From an uncultured Candidatus Rokubacteria bacterium (GTDB lineage: Bacteria > Methylomirabilota > Methylomirabilia > Rokubacteriales > CSP1-6): a DNA stretch of 64,000 nt. The notes under the pieces are model-generated. The model saw only the letters and a program-made list of their open reading frames with translations. It did not search any database and had not been told where the DNA came from. Below, piece by piece: positions 31,765 through 39,982 of the stretch; position 1 is the stretch's first letter; each line of letters opens with the position of its first letter. The position numbers and the translations under genes were made by a program. The stretch is taken from contig CAVYTA010000006.1 of the NCBI GenBank assembly GCA_963771355.1, forward strand, positions 1,152,001 through 1,216,000, written 5' to 3'.

Positions 31765-32927
31765 CGGAGGGCCTCCTCGAGGTCGGCCAGGAGATCGACC
31801 GGGTCCTCGAGACCCACCGACACCCGCACCAGCCCGGGGCCGATGCCCAGCGCGGCCTTGTCCTCGTCGGGCACGCGCCGGTGCGAGGTGCGAGCCGGAT
31901 AGGTCCAGGTGGTGGCCACGTCGCCGAAGCTCGGCGCGAAGTCCATCAGCTTGGTGCGCGCCATGAACCGCTCCACCGCGAGCGCTCCGCCGGCCAGGTC
32001 GAAGGAGAGCATGGCCCCCATCACGCCCGCGGGCATGAGCCGCTTGGCGAGCCCATGCTGCGGGTGCGAGCCCAGCCCCGGATAGTAGACGCGCGCCACC
32101 GCAGCATGCCGCTCGAGGTACTGCCCCAGTGCCAGCGCGGTGGCGGACTGGCGCTCCAGCCGCACCGCCAGCGTGCGCGCCCCGCGGGTGGCGAGCCAGG
32201 CGTCGAAGGGACCCAGGTTGGTGCCGGCCCGGATCATGGCCGCGCGCAGCCGCTCCATCGGCTCCTTGCGTCCCAGCACCAGGCCCCCGGTGACGTCCCC
32301 GTGCCCGGAGATGAACTTGGTGAGGCTGTGCATCACGACAGTGGCCCCGTGCTCGATGGGCCGCAGCACCGCCGGCGAGGCCATCGAGGAATCCACCACG
32401 AGGTCGATGCCTCGCGGCGCCAGGGCCGCCGCCACCGCGGGCAGGTCGACCAGGCGAAGAAGCGGGTTGGAGATGGATTCCACGAACACCGCGCGCGTGG
32501 CCGGGCGCAGGGCGCCCAGGATGGCCCCGGTGTCGGTGGCGTCCACGAAGGAGGTCTCCACCCCGAGCCGCCGGCCGTCTCCGGCGAGATAGGCCGCGGT
32601 CGTCCCGTAGAGGTCGCGCGCGGCCACCACGTGATCGCCGGCGGACAGGAGCCCGAGCAGCCAGGCGGTGGTGGCGCCCATGCCGGAGGCGCAGGCCACC
32701 GCGGCCTCGGCTCCCTCGAAGCTGGCCACCAGGTCTTCGAGCATGGTGTGGTTGCCGGTGCCGTAGCGGCCGTAGACATACCCGGCCGTCTTTCCCTCCC
32801 ACACCGACTCCACCGTCTCCATGTCCTCGAACACGTAGACATTGGTCTGGTAGATGGGAGGCGTCAGCGGCCGGCTGGCGGAGGGAAGGTCCCGGCCTCC
32901 CCGGGCGGCGATGGTGTCGAACTTCAC
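31761..32927 (-). CDS. PLP-dependent Cys/Met metabolism enzyme (cystathionine gamma-synthase/lyase family)
   Basis: PPIYQT, YGRYG, SGMGA, ESISNP, HSLTKFISGHGD, SFGD, RVSVGLE. Confidence 0.9.
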   Translation of the reverse strand: MKFDTIAARGGRDLPSASRPLTPPIYQTNVYVFEDMETVESVWEGKTAGYVYGRYGTGNHTMLEDLVASFEGAEAAVACASGMGATTAWLLGLLSAGDHVVAARDLYGTTAAYLAGDGRRLGVETSFVDATDTGAILGALRPATRAVFVESISNPLLRLVDLPAVAAALAPRGIDLVVDSSMASPAVLRPIEHGATVVMHSLTKFISGHGDVTGGLVLGRKEPMERLRAAMIRAGTNLGPFDAWLATRGARTLAVRLERQSATALALGQYLERHAAVARVYYPGLGSHPQHGLAKRLMPAGVMGAMLSFDLAGGALAVERFMARTKLMDFAPSFGDVATTWTYPARTSHRRVPDEDKAALGIGPGLVRVSVGLEDPVDLLADLEEALR

Positions 32928-32946
32928 GACGGGCTCCTCCTCTCCC

Positions 32947-34482
32947 TCAGACCAGCGGCACCGCGAGCTCGGGCTCGCGCGGGGGACGGCTGCCGACCTG
33001 GCGGCCGAGCTCGCGAACAGACTCCGCGAGCCGGCGCACGCCTTCCTCGATCTGCGCCACCGGCACGGCGGAGAACGACAGCCGCAGGGCGCGCGCGCCG
33101 CCGCCATCGACGAAGAAGGCGCTGCCCGGCGTGAAGGTGACCCCGCGGGACTGCGCCCGCGGCAGCAGGGCGGCGGCGTCCATGCCCTCGGGCAGCGTGA
33201 GCAGCAGCGAGAAGCCGCCGCGAGTTTCCGTCCAGGTGGTGCCGGCCGGCATGAACCGCCGCAGGCTCTCGAGCAGCGCGTCGCGTCGCCGTCCGTACTC
33301 CTTGAGCGCCCGCGCCTGGTGGCGATCGAGGAGACGCCGCTGGCAGAAGTGGTAGACGGCGGCCTGGATGAGCGGGCTGGTGTGGATGTCGGCGAGCTGC
33401 TTGGCCATCTCGAGCCGCTCCACCAGCTCGGGCGGCGCGACGATCCAGCCCAGTCGCAATCCGGGGAACAGGATCTTGGAGAAGGTGCCGAGATAGACCA
33501 CGAGGCCCGCCGAGTCGAGCGCCTTCAGCGGCGCGGGTGGGCGCTCGCCGTAGAAGAGCGTGCCGTCGAAGCCGTCCTCCACGATGGGCAGCCGGTGACG
33601 GGCGGCCAGGTCGAGGAGTCGGCGCCGCGCGGGAAGCCCCATGGTCAGTCCGGTGGGATTGTGCGCGCTGGGCTGACAGTAGAGGAACTTGGGCTGCTGC
33701 CGCTCGAGCAGGCGCTCGAGCTGGCCCACGTCGAGACCGTCGGCATCCATGGGCACCGCGAGCAGCTCGGCCCCGAAGGAGCGGAACACCTGCATCGCCC
33801 GCGGATAGGACGGCCGCTCGATGGCCACGTAGTCCCCCGGATCGAGGAGCGTGCGCGCCACGAGGTCGAAGCCCTGCTGCGAGCCATTGACGATGAGGAT
33901 CTCTTCCGGCCGTGCCTCCACGCCGAAGCGGAGCAGATAGCTGGCCAGGTACTGGCGCAGCGGCGGATAGCCCGCGGGCGCGTAGTACTGGAGGAGCTCC
34001 CGCCCTTCCGCGCGGATCACGGCGTTGAGCACCCGGCGAAAGGCGTCGGTGGGGAAGAGCGTGCTGTCCGGCATGCCTCCCGCGAAGGAGATGAGCCCCG
34101 CCGAAGGCCGCGCGACCTGAGCGTGGGCCTGGCGGCGCATGTCGGCCCAGACCACCTGCGCCCGCTTGGAGAGGAGGCCGGCCCAGTCCAGTCTCGGCAT
34201 GGCGGCCGGCGCGGCCGGAGACCCCTGCGGCACGCGGTCCGCCACGAAGGTCCCCTGCCCGACATGGGCCCGCGCCCAGCCTGCCGCCACCAGCTCCTCG
34301 TAGGCCGTGGCCACCGTGGTCCGATTCACCCCGAGCTCGGTCGCTAGCTCGCGGGTCGCCGGCAGCTTGATCCCCGGCGCGAGCAGCCCCTGGGTGATGA
34401 GCCGCTCGATATGGCCCTGGATCTGCCGCGCCAGCGGTAGCCGACCCTCGCCTCCCGGGCTTCGGTCCAAAGGTATCTTCAT
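32947..34482 (-). CDS. MocR/GabR-family PLP-dependent regulator (probable PdxR)
   Basis: HTH LPATRELA..VNRTTV..GQGTFV plus aminotransferase domain GTFSKILFPGLRLGW; heads the pdxS/pdxT operon. Confidence 0.9.
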   Translation of the reverse strand: MKIPLDRSPGGEGRLPLARQIQGHIERLITQGLLAPGIKLPATRELATELGVNRTTVATAYEELVAAGWARAHVGQGTFVADRVPQGSPAAPAAMPRLDWAGLLSKRAQVVWADMRRQAHAQVARPSAGLISFAGGMPDSTLFPTDAFRRVLNAVIRAEGRELLQYYAPAGYPPLRQYLASYLLRFGVEARPEEILIVNGSQQGFDLVARTLLDPGDYVAIERPSYPRAMQVFRSFGAELLAVPMDADGLDVGQLERLLERQQPKFLYCQPSAHNPTGLTMGLPARRRLLDLAARHRLPIVEDGFDGTLFYGERPPAPLKALDSAGLVVYLGTFSKILFPGLRLGWIVAPPELVERLEMAKQLADIHTSPLIQAAVYHFCQRRLLDRHQARALKEYGRRRDALLESLRRFMPAGTTWTETRGGFSLLLTLPEGMDAAALLPRAQSRGVTFTPGSAFFVDGGGARALRLSFSAVPVAQIEEGVRRLAESVRELGRQVGSRPPREPELAVPLV

Positions 34483-34639
34483 CGCCTCACCATCAGCCAT
34501 TTTCATCACAATCTGACCACTGTAAAGGGCCAATTGGAGGAATCCCAAGCCATCCAATAGCCGGGGGGGTGGGGGCGTGGTATGATCCGGGCTCGTCGCG
34601 GCCGGACCCCACTCCGGCCCCCGAAAGGGACCGCAAGCC

Positions 34640-35371
34640 ATGCCCGGTCTGGTGGTGCTCGAATCCATGTGGAACCGCAAGGGCCGTCTCCTCGAAGACG
34701 AGCCCTCGGTGTTTCCGTATCTCAAGGCCATACGGCAGTCCCTGGCCTGGGAAGGGATCCGGGTCAACCTGGTCTATCGCCGCTTCTACAGCAGCTATGA
34801 CCTGGGCCTCCTCCTGGAAGAGGCGCGCCGGAAGCGGAGCTTCCAGGTCTGCTACATCGCCTCTCACGGTCAGCGGCGGAAGCTGGTGGGCATCGGCAAC
34901 CGGGTGATTCGACTCGAGACACTGGTGGATCACTGCCGGCCCAGCCCGAACCTCGGCTACATCTTCGGCGCCTGCGACTTCGTGGATCCCGACACCGCGA
35001 GCAACTTCCTCCAGGCCACCGGCGCCCGCTTCGTGGCCGGATACCAGAAGCCCATTCCCTGGACGGAGTCCATGCTGGTGGACTGCCTGTTCCTTTCCTA
35101 CCTCCTCGGGGGCACCATGAAGTGGATTCGCACCAAGCACGGCGAGCGCATCCCGCCCCTGCGGGAAAAGGAGGACTTCGAGATCACGCGCTCGGCGAAC
35201 CCTCAGAAAGTCACCGGGCAGCTCTACCGGGACTTTCCCCTCGCCCACGACATCACCTTCTCGCTGTTCACGCTGAACCGCCGGCGGGGACAGGCGCCCG
35301 AGGTGCTGAACTCGTTCGACGCGTACCGTCGTCGGGTGGACCGGGCGCGGCGGCTGGTGCGGGACCTCTAG
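34640..35371 (+). CDS. Hypothetical protein with caspase/CHAT-like His-Cys motifs (DUF6642-like)
   Basis: CYIASHG, YIFGAC, FVAGY spacing typical of the caspase-hemoglobinase fold. Confidence 0.65.
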   Translation: MPGLVVLESMWNRKGRLLEDEPSVFPYLKAIRQSLAWEGIRVNLVYRRFYSSYDLGLLLEEARRKRSFQVCYIASHGQRRKLVGIGNRVIRLETLVDHCRPSPNLGYIFGACDFVDPDTASNFLQATGARFVAGYQKPIPWTESMLVDCLFLSYLLGGTMKWIRTKHGERIPPLREKEDFEITRSANPQKVTGQLYRDFPLAHDITFSLFTLNRRRGQAPEVLNSFDAYRRRVDRARRLVRDL

Positions 35372-35380
35372 GACGCGCGG

Positions 35381-35560
35381 ATGGCCGTCGGTGAGCCGCC
35401 CCTGAAGGCCGCGATCAAGTGGATCGACGAGCAGTTCCGGGACAACCCGGGCGCCGACCGCGTCAAGCTGCTGGACGAGGCGGCCCGGCGGTTCGACCTG
35501 TCGCCCCTGGAGGAGGACTTCCTCCTGCGGCACCTCGCCGGCCAGCCGGGCCGCCCGTGA
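35381..35560 (+). CDS. Small hypothetical protein (59 aa)
   Basis: Manual translation MAVGEPPLKAAIKWIDEQFRDNPGADRVKLLDEAARRFDLSPLEEDFLLRHLAGQPGRP; GC3-rich codons; stop overlaps next start (GTGA). Below the ORF-track cutoff. Confidence 0.75.
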   Translation: MAVGEPPLKAAIKWIDEQFRDNPGADRVKLLDEAARRFDLSPLEEDFLLRHLAGQPGRP

Positions 35561-36333
35561 CCGACGCGCAGAAGGCGCGGGTACGCGAGCAGTTCGGCGA
35601 GAGCGCCGCCGCCTATGTCCAGAGCCCGGGCCACGCGGGCGGGCCCGACCTCGATGCCCTCATCGCGTGGGGCCGCGCGCGCGGCGCCCGCCGGGTGCTC
35701 GACGTCGCCACCGGCGGTGGCCATACCGCGGCCGCCTTCGGCGCCTTCTCGCCCAGCGTGATCGCCACCGATCTCACCGAGCCCATGCTGCAAGCGGCCC
35801 GCGCGCACGCCGCCACGCGAGGCCTCGCCGCTCTCCGCTTCCTGGCCGCCGATGCGGAGGCGCTCCCGTTCCGCGGGGGGAGCTTCGGCGTGGTGACATG
35901 CCGCATCGCCGCCCACCACTTCCCCGCGTTACTTCCGCCTCTCAGAGAAGTCGCCCGCGTGCTCGCGGCGGGGGGCGCCTTCCTCGTGGAGGACATCCTC
36001 GGCCACGAGGATCGTGAGTGCGCGGCGTTCATCACCGAGGTGGAGCGGCGCCGCGATCCCTCCCACGTGCGCGCCTACTCTCACCGCGAGTGGGTGGCGT
36101 TTCTCCGGGCGGCGGGGCTGACGGTGATCGACGAGAAAGTCCTGGAGAAGTCACGGCCCTGGGACGAATGGACCGCGCGCATGCGGATGACGCCGGCCGC
36201 CCGTGCGGAGCTGGAGCGCTTCGTGCTGGGCGCGCCCGCGCACTGCCGCGAGGCCTTCGCCTTCCACGTCCAGGACGGGCGGATCGCGTCCTTTGCCGAC
36301 CGGCTGCTGTTGCTCCGGGCCGATCGCGACTAG
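35557..36333 (+). CDS. Class I SAM-dependent methyltransferase
   Basis: VLDVATGGGHTA, DAEALPF, CRIAAHHF, RDPSHVR. Confidence 0.9.
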   Translation: MTDAQKARVREQFGESAAAYVQSPGHAGGPDLDALIAWGRARGARRVLDVATGGGHTAAAFGAFSPSVIATDLTEPMLQAARAHAATRGLAALRFLAADAEALPFRGGSFGVVTCRIAAHHFPALLPPLREVARVLAAGGAFLVEDILGHEDRECAAFITEVERRRDPSHVRAYSHREWVAFLRAAGLTVIDEKVLEKSRPWDEWTARMRMTPAARAELERFVLGAPAHCREAFAFHVQDGRIASFADRLLLLRADRD

Positions 36334-36495
36334 TCCCCCGCTACCCGATCCGCGTGTAAGTTCGCCGCGCCGCGCGAAGATCTTACCTCTGCCTTTCGCC
36401 TCACCTACCGGTGCGCCCTACGGACAGTCCTCGCGACGCGCGTATTCGTGCGGCCTTGCGCTGACGGCCGCCGGCCCTTGCGGTCGGCCCGACGC

Positions 36496-36510
36496 TGGCA
36501 AGTGCATTGC
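36496..36510 (+). promoter_or_regulatory. Putative sigma54 (-24/-12) promoter
   Basis: TGGC-AAGTGCA-TTGC with canonical spacing, about 75 nt upstream of ATG 36587. Confidence 0.55.
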
Positions 36511-36586
36511 GTGTGCTCGAGAGTGGGCGCGCGCCCTCCGGAGCCGCGCGCCGTGATGCGCACTCGCACACAAGGAGGACCGGCAC

Positions 36587-36859
36587 ATGGTCAAGCTCAT
36601 CGGGGGAGCCCTGGCGGGGATGCTGATGGGCACGGTGCTGCTGGCGGGCGTCGCGAGGGCGGGAGAGGTCGAGGGCAAGATCAAGTCCGTCGATCCCGCC
36701 ACCCGGTCCATCACGCTCGAGAACGGGACCCAGCTCATGATCCCGATCGGGGCGGTGGTGGATGATCACCGACTGCTGCAGCCGGGCGCCGAGATTCGCG
36801 CGAGCTTCGAGGAGAAGGACGGCCAGAAGATCGTGATAACGCTCGAGCCCGCCCGCTAA
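36587..36859 (+). CDS. Small exported OB-fold-like protein (DUF1344-like)
   Basis: AAGGAGG SD, signal peptide ending ARA, EVEGKIKSVD..ITLENGT. Confidence 0.8.
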   Translation: MVKLIGGALAGMLMGTVLLAGVARAGEVEGKIKSVDPATRSITLENGTQLMIPIGAVVDDHRLLQPGAEIRASFEEKDGQKIVITLEPAR

Positions 36860-36924
36860 AAGGCCGGCTCGTTCATCTCTGCCGCGGCGGAAGTCCGGAG
36901 CGGGGACTCCGGGCCGCCGTCGCC

Positions 36925-37281
36925 CTATCCAGGCGATCCGCGGAGGATCACCACGGTGGCGCCCCAGCCGCCGCGCTCGGCCGGCGCGTCCTGGAATGCC
37001 GCCACCAGCGGATGCCCCTGCAGCAGCGTGCGCACCGCCTGGCGCTGCACGCCGATTCCCCGCCCGTGAATGAGCCGCACTTCGCGGAACCCGCGCTGCG
37101 CCGCCACCCGCAGGTATTCGTCCACCACCGAGCGTACGTCGCGCGGCGCGAACGCGTGGAGGTCGAGCGCGTCCTCGATCGGGATCTGGACGGGCGGAGG
37201 TTCGTTGGGTGGAGGGGCGGGGGGCGAAGGCGTGGGGGACGGAGGGGGTCCGGGCGGTGGCTCGGGGGGCCCCGGCGTCAC
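36925..37281 (-). CDS. Smr/MutS2 domain protein with Pro-rich N-terminus
   Basis: LDLHAF, RLIHGRGIG, GGWGATVV. Confidence 0.88.
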   Translation of the reverse strand: MTPGPPEPPPGPPPSPTPSPPAPPPNEPPPVQIPIEDALDLHAFAPRDVRSVVDEYLRVAAQRGFREVRLIHGRGIGVQRQAVRTLLQGHPLVAAFQDAPAERGGWGATVVILRGSPG

Positions 37282-38711
37282 GCGGCAGCGGCGGGCGGGT
37301 CGATGGGAGGCCGGCGGCGGTGCCAGTCCGTCGCCCGCTGATAGGCGTCGGCGACCCGGAGAACGGTGGCCTCGTCGAACGGCCGACCCACGATCTGCAG
37401 CCCCACCGGCAGCCCCCCCGCCGTGAAACCGCACGGGATGGAGGCCGCGGGATGCCCGGACAGGTTGAACACCCGCGTGAACCGGATCAGGCTCGCGCGC
37501 ACCGACACCTTGTCCTGCCCCACCGCGATCTCGCTCTGGCCGACGGCGGTGGCCACCAGCGGAGTGGTGGCGCAGACCAGGACGTCCGCGCTGCCCAGCG
37601 CGGCGTTCACCTCGTCACGGATTCGCGCGCGCGCGCGCTGGCCCTTGAGGTAGTCGCTGCCCGAGACGAAGGCCCCCACGCGCAGCCGCTCCCGCACGTC
37701 GTCGCCGTACTCTTGCGGACGCTCCTTGAGCCAGGCTTCGTGGTAAGCATAGGCCTCGGACCCGATCACCGCGGAGGAGGCACCCGCGGCGTACTTCACG
37801 GTGGCGAGGTTCACTTCCTGCGCGGTCGCGCCCAGCCCCTCCAGCACCTTCAGCGCCTCGTCCACCGCCTGGCGCAGCACCACCCCGGTGGACTCGAGGA
37901 AGAAGGCGCGCAGCACGCCGATCCGGAGCCCCTTCACGTCCCCGGTGAGGGCGGCGGCGTAGTCGGGCACCGGCAGCACGCTGGTGGACGGATCGCGCGG
38001 GTCGTAGCCGGCGATGGCGTTCAGCATGAGGGCGCAGTCCGCGGCGCTCCGGCACATGGGTCCCACGTGATCCATGGACCAGGCCAGGGGCAGCACGCCG
38101 GCGCGGCTCACCCGGCCGTAGGTGGGCTTGATGCCGCTGAGCCCGCACAGCGCGCACGGGATGCGGATGGAGCCGCCGGTGTCGGAGCCGAGCGTGCCCG
38201 CGCAGAGGCCGGCCGCCACCGCCGAGCCCGAGCCCGAGGAGGAGCCGCCGCAGATCCGGTGCGTGTTGGCGTCCCACGGGTTCCAGGCGTTGCCGTAGTG
38301 CTGGTTCAACCCCTCCGGCCCGAAGGCGAACTCATGCATGTTCAGCTTGCCGAGGCTCACCGCCCCCGCGCCGGCGAGACGGGTGACCACGCTGGCGTCC
38401 GCCTCCGGCACCCAGTCGGCGAGGATGCGCGAGCCGCCGGTGGTACGCACCCCCCGGGTGCAGTAGAGGTCTTTCAGCGCCAGCGGCACCCCGTGCAGCG
38501 GGCCCAGGCGCTCGCCGCTCATCACCGCGGACTCGGCGGCCTTGGCGGCGGCGAGTGCGCTCTCCGCGGTCACGGTGATGAAGGCCCTGAGCTTGGGATC
38601 GAGCGCGGCGATACGGTCGAGGTGCGCCTGCACGACCTCGACGGGCGAGACCTCCTTGGCCGCGATCGCGCGCGCGAGGTCACCGATGGACCGCCAGACG
38701 AGATCGCTCAC
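37278..38711 (-). CDS. Amidase-signature family amidase (GatA/AtzE-like)
   Basis: LHGVPLALKD, GGSSSGS, GSDTGGSIRIP triad motifs; no gatB in window. Confidence 0.92.
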   Translation of the reverse strand: MSDLVWRSIGDLARAIAAKEVSPVEVVQAHLDRIAALDPKLRAFITVTAESALAAAKAAESAVMSGERLGPLHGVPLALKDLYCTRGVRTTGGSRILADWVPEADASVVTRLAGAGAVSLGKLNMHEFAFGPEGLNQHYGNAWNPWDANTHRICGGSSSGSGSAVAAGLCAGTLGSDTGGSIRIPCALCGLSGIKPTYGRVSRAGVLPLAWSMDHVGPMCRSAADCALMLNAIAGYDPRDPSTSVLPVPDYAAALTGDVKGLRIGVLRAFFLESTGVVLRQAVDEALKVLEGLGATAQEVNLATVKYAAGASSAVIGSEAYAYHEAWLKERPQEYGDDVRERLRVGAFVSGSDYLKGQRARARIRDEVNAALGSADVLVCATTPLVATAVGQSEIAVGQDKVSVRASLIRFTRVFNLSGHPAASIPCGFTAGGLPVGLQIVGRPFDEATVLRVADAYQRATDWHRRRPPIDPPAAAA

Positions 38712-38721
38712 GGGAGGGTCC

Positions 38722-38901
38722 TCACAGGATATGGAAGTGGCTGGCCGGCTCGTCGTCGCGCGCCAGGAGCGCATCCAGCCCGCCGATCATGCCGCGGCCC
38801 GCCTCCACGAGGGGGAGCAGGCCGGCCAGCTCTCTCTCGGTCAAGTCCAGCCCACGTTCGCGCGCCAGCGCGCCCAATGTCTCCAGGGTGAGCGGTTCCA
38901 T
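38722..38901 (-). CDS. Small amidase partner protein (GatC/AtzG-like, 59 aa)
   Basis: MEPLTLETLGALARERGLDLTEREL..DDEPASHFHIL; size, position and EPA.F tail fit. Confidence 0.65.
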   Translation of the reverse strand: MEPLTLETLGALARERGLDLTERELAGLLPLVEAGRGMIGGLDALLARDDEPASHFHIL

Positions 38902-38907
38902 GGCGAG

Positions 38908-38957
38908 AGAATAGCGGCTCGCCCCCGCATTGACAAGCTTCGGGACGCGGCGATAAT
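38908..38957. promoter_or_regulatory. Divergent promoters sharing an overlapping -35 element
   Basis: Plus: TTGACA (38930-35)-16-GATAAT (38952-57). Minus: TTGTCA (38936-31)-17-TATTCT (38913-08). Confidence 0.6.
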
Positions 38958-38964
38958 GCCCCAC

Positions 38965-39390
38965 ATGCCCGTCCCCGTGCCCGCCGTCGACGAGATCACG
39001 GACTGGATCAGCCGCTTCCAGGCGGCGGTGCGGGCGCGCGACTTTGCCACCGGCCGCGCGCTCTTCGCCCCCGACGCGGTGGCGTTCGGCACCTTTGCCG
39101 CCGCCGTCTCCGGCCTCGACAACATCGAGCGCGAGCAGTGGCGGCAGATCTGGCCGCGCATCCGCGACTTCAGCCTCGACCGGAACGCCACCGTCCGGAC
39201 CGCCGGCGACGCGGCCTGGATCGCCGCGGGCTGGAGCTCCGAGGCCATCGCGCCGGACGGACGGCCCTTCCGCCGGCCCGGGCGCGCCACCTTCGTGCTG
39301 GAGCGCCGCGACGGCCGCTGGCTCGCGGTGCACAGCCACGTCTCGCTGCTGCCCAGCCAGTCCGACGAGGTCCACGGCCGGCGGGCCTAG
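38965..39390 (+). CDS. SnoaL/NTF2-like protein
   Basis: ALFAPDAVAFGT, GRATFVLERRDGRWLAVHSHVS. Confidence 0.85.
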   Translation: MPVPVPAVDEITDWISRFQAAVRARDFATGRALFAPDAVAFGTFAAAVSGLDNIEREQWRQIWPRIRDFSLDRNATVRTAGDAAWIAAGWSSEAIAPDGRPFRRPGRATFVLERRDGRWLAVHSHVSLLPSQSDEVHGRRA

Positions 39391-39398
39391 GGAGCGGG

Positions 39399-39971
39399 CT
39401 AGCGAAGCTGACGGTAGCGGAAGCAGCTCACGAGGTGGTCGTTGACCATCCCGGTGGCCTGCATGAAGGCGTAGCAGATCGTCGAGCCCACGAACTTGAA
39501 TCCCCGGGCGCGGAGATCCCGGCTCATGGCGTCCGACTGCGCGGTCCGGGCGGGCACCTGACCGGGCGAGCGCCAGGCGTTCCGGCGCGGCCGCCCGTCC
39601 ACGAATTGCCAGACGTACGCGGCGAAGGACCCGTACTCCTCCTTGACGAGCAGGAACGCGCGCGCGTTGGTGACGGCGGCGGCGACCTTGAGGCGGTTCC
39701 GCACGATACCGGGATCGGCGAGCAGCCGGCGCACCTTGCGCGCGTCGTAGCGGGCGATGCGGCGGGCGTCGAAGCGATCGAAGGCGGCGCGGTAGGCGCG
39801 CCGCTTGTTGAGGATGGTCTCCCAGGAAAGGCCGGCCTGCGCGCCCTCGAGGATGAGCATCTCGAAGAGACGCCGGTCGTCACGGAGGGGCACGCCCCAC
39901 TCCGCGTCGTGATAGGCGGTGTGGGGCGGGCGCCCCGCCCAGTGGCAGCGGCGGCGCCCGTCCCGTTTCAC
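39399..39971 (-). CDS. tag: DNA-3-methyladenine glycosylase I
   Basis: RCHWA, YHDAEWG, LEGAQAGLSW, GFKFVGSTICYAFMQATGMVNDH. Confidence 0.95.
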   Translation of the reverse strand: MKRDGRRRCHWAGRPPHTAYHDAEWGVPLRDDRRLFEMLILEGAQAGLSWETILNKRRAYRAAFDRFDARRIARYDARKVRRLLADPGIVRNRLKVAAAVTNARAFLLVKEEYGSFAAYVWQFVDGRPRRNAWRSPGQVPARTAQSDAMSRDLRARGFKFVGSTICYAFMQATGMVNDHLVSCFRYRQLR

Positions 39972-39982
39972 GACGCGTCCGG

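Noticed and set aside
34513..34520. Third copy of the TGGTC-N-GACCA operator upstream of the MocR gene
   Set aside because: Only a half-site (CTGACCA); better explained as a MocR/PdxR box.
37278..38711. Calling the amidase gatA
   Set aside because: No gatB nearby, and the motifs are shared by the whole amidase-signature family.
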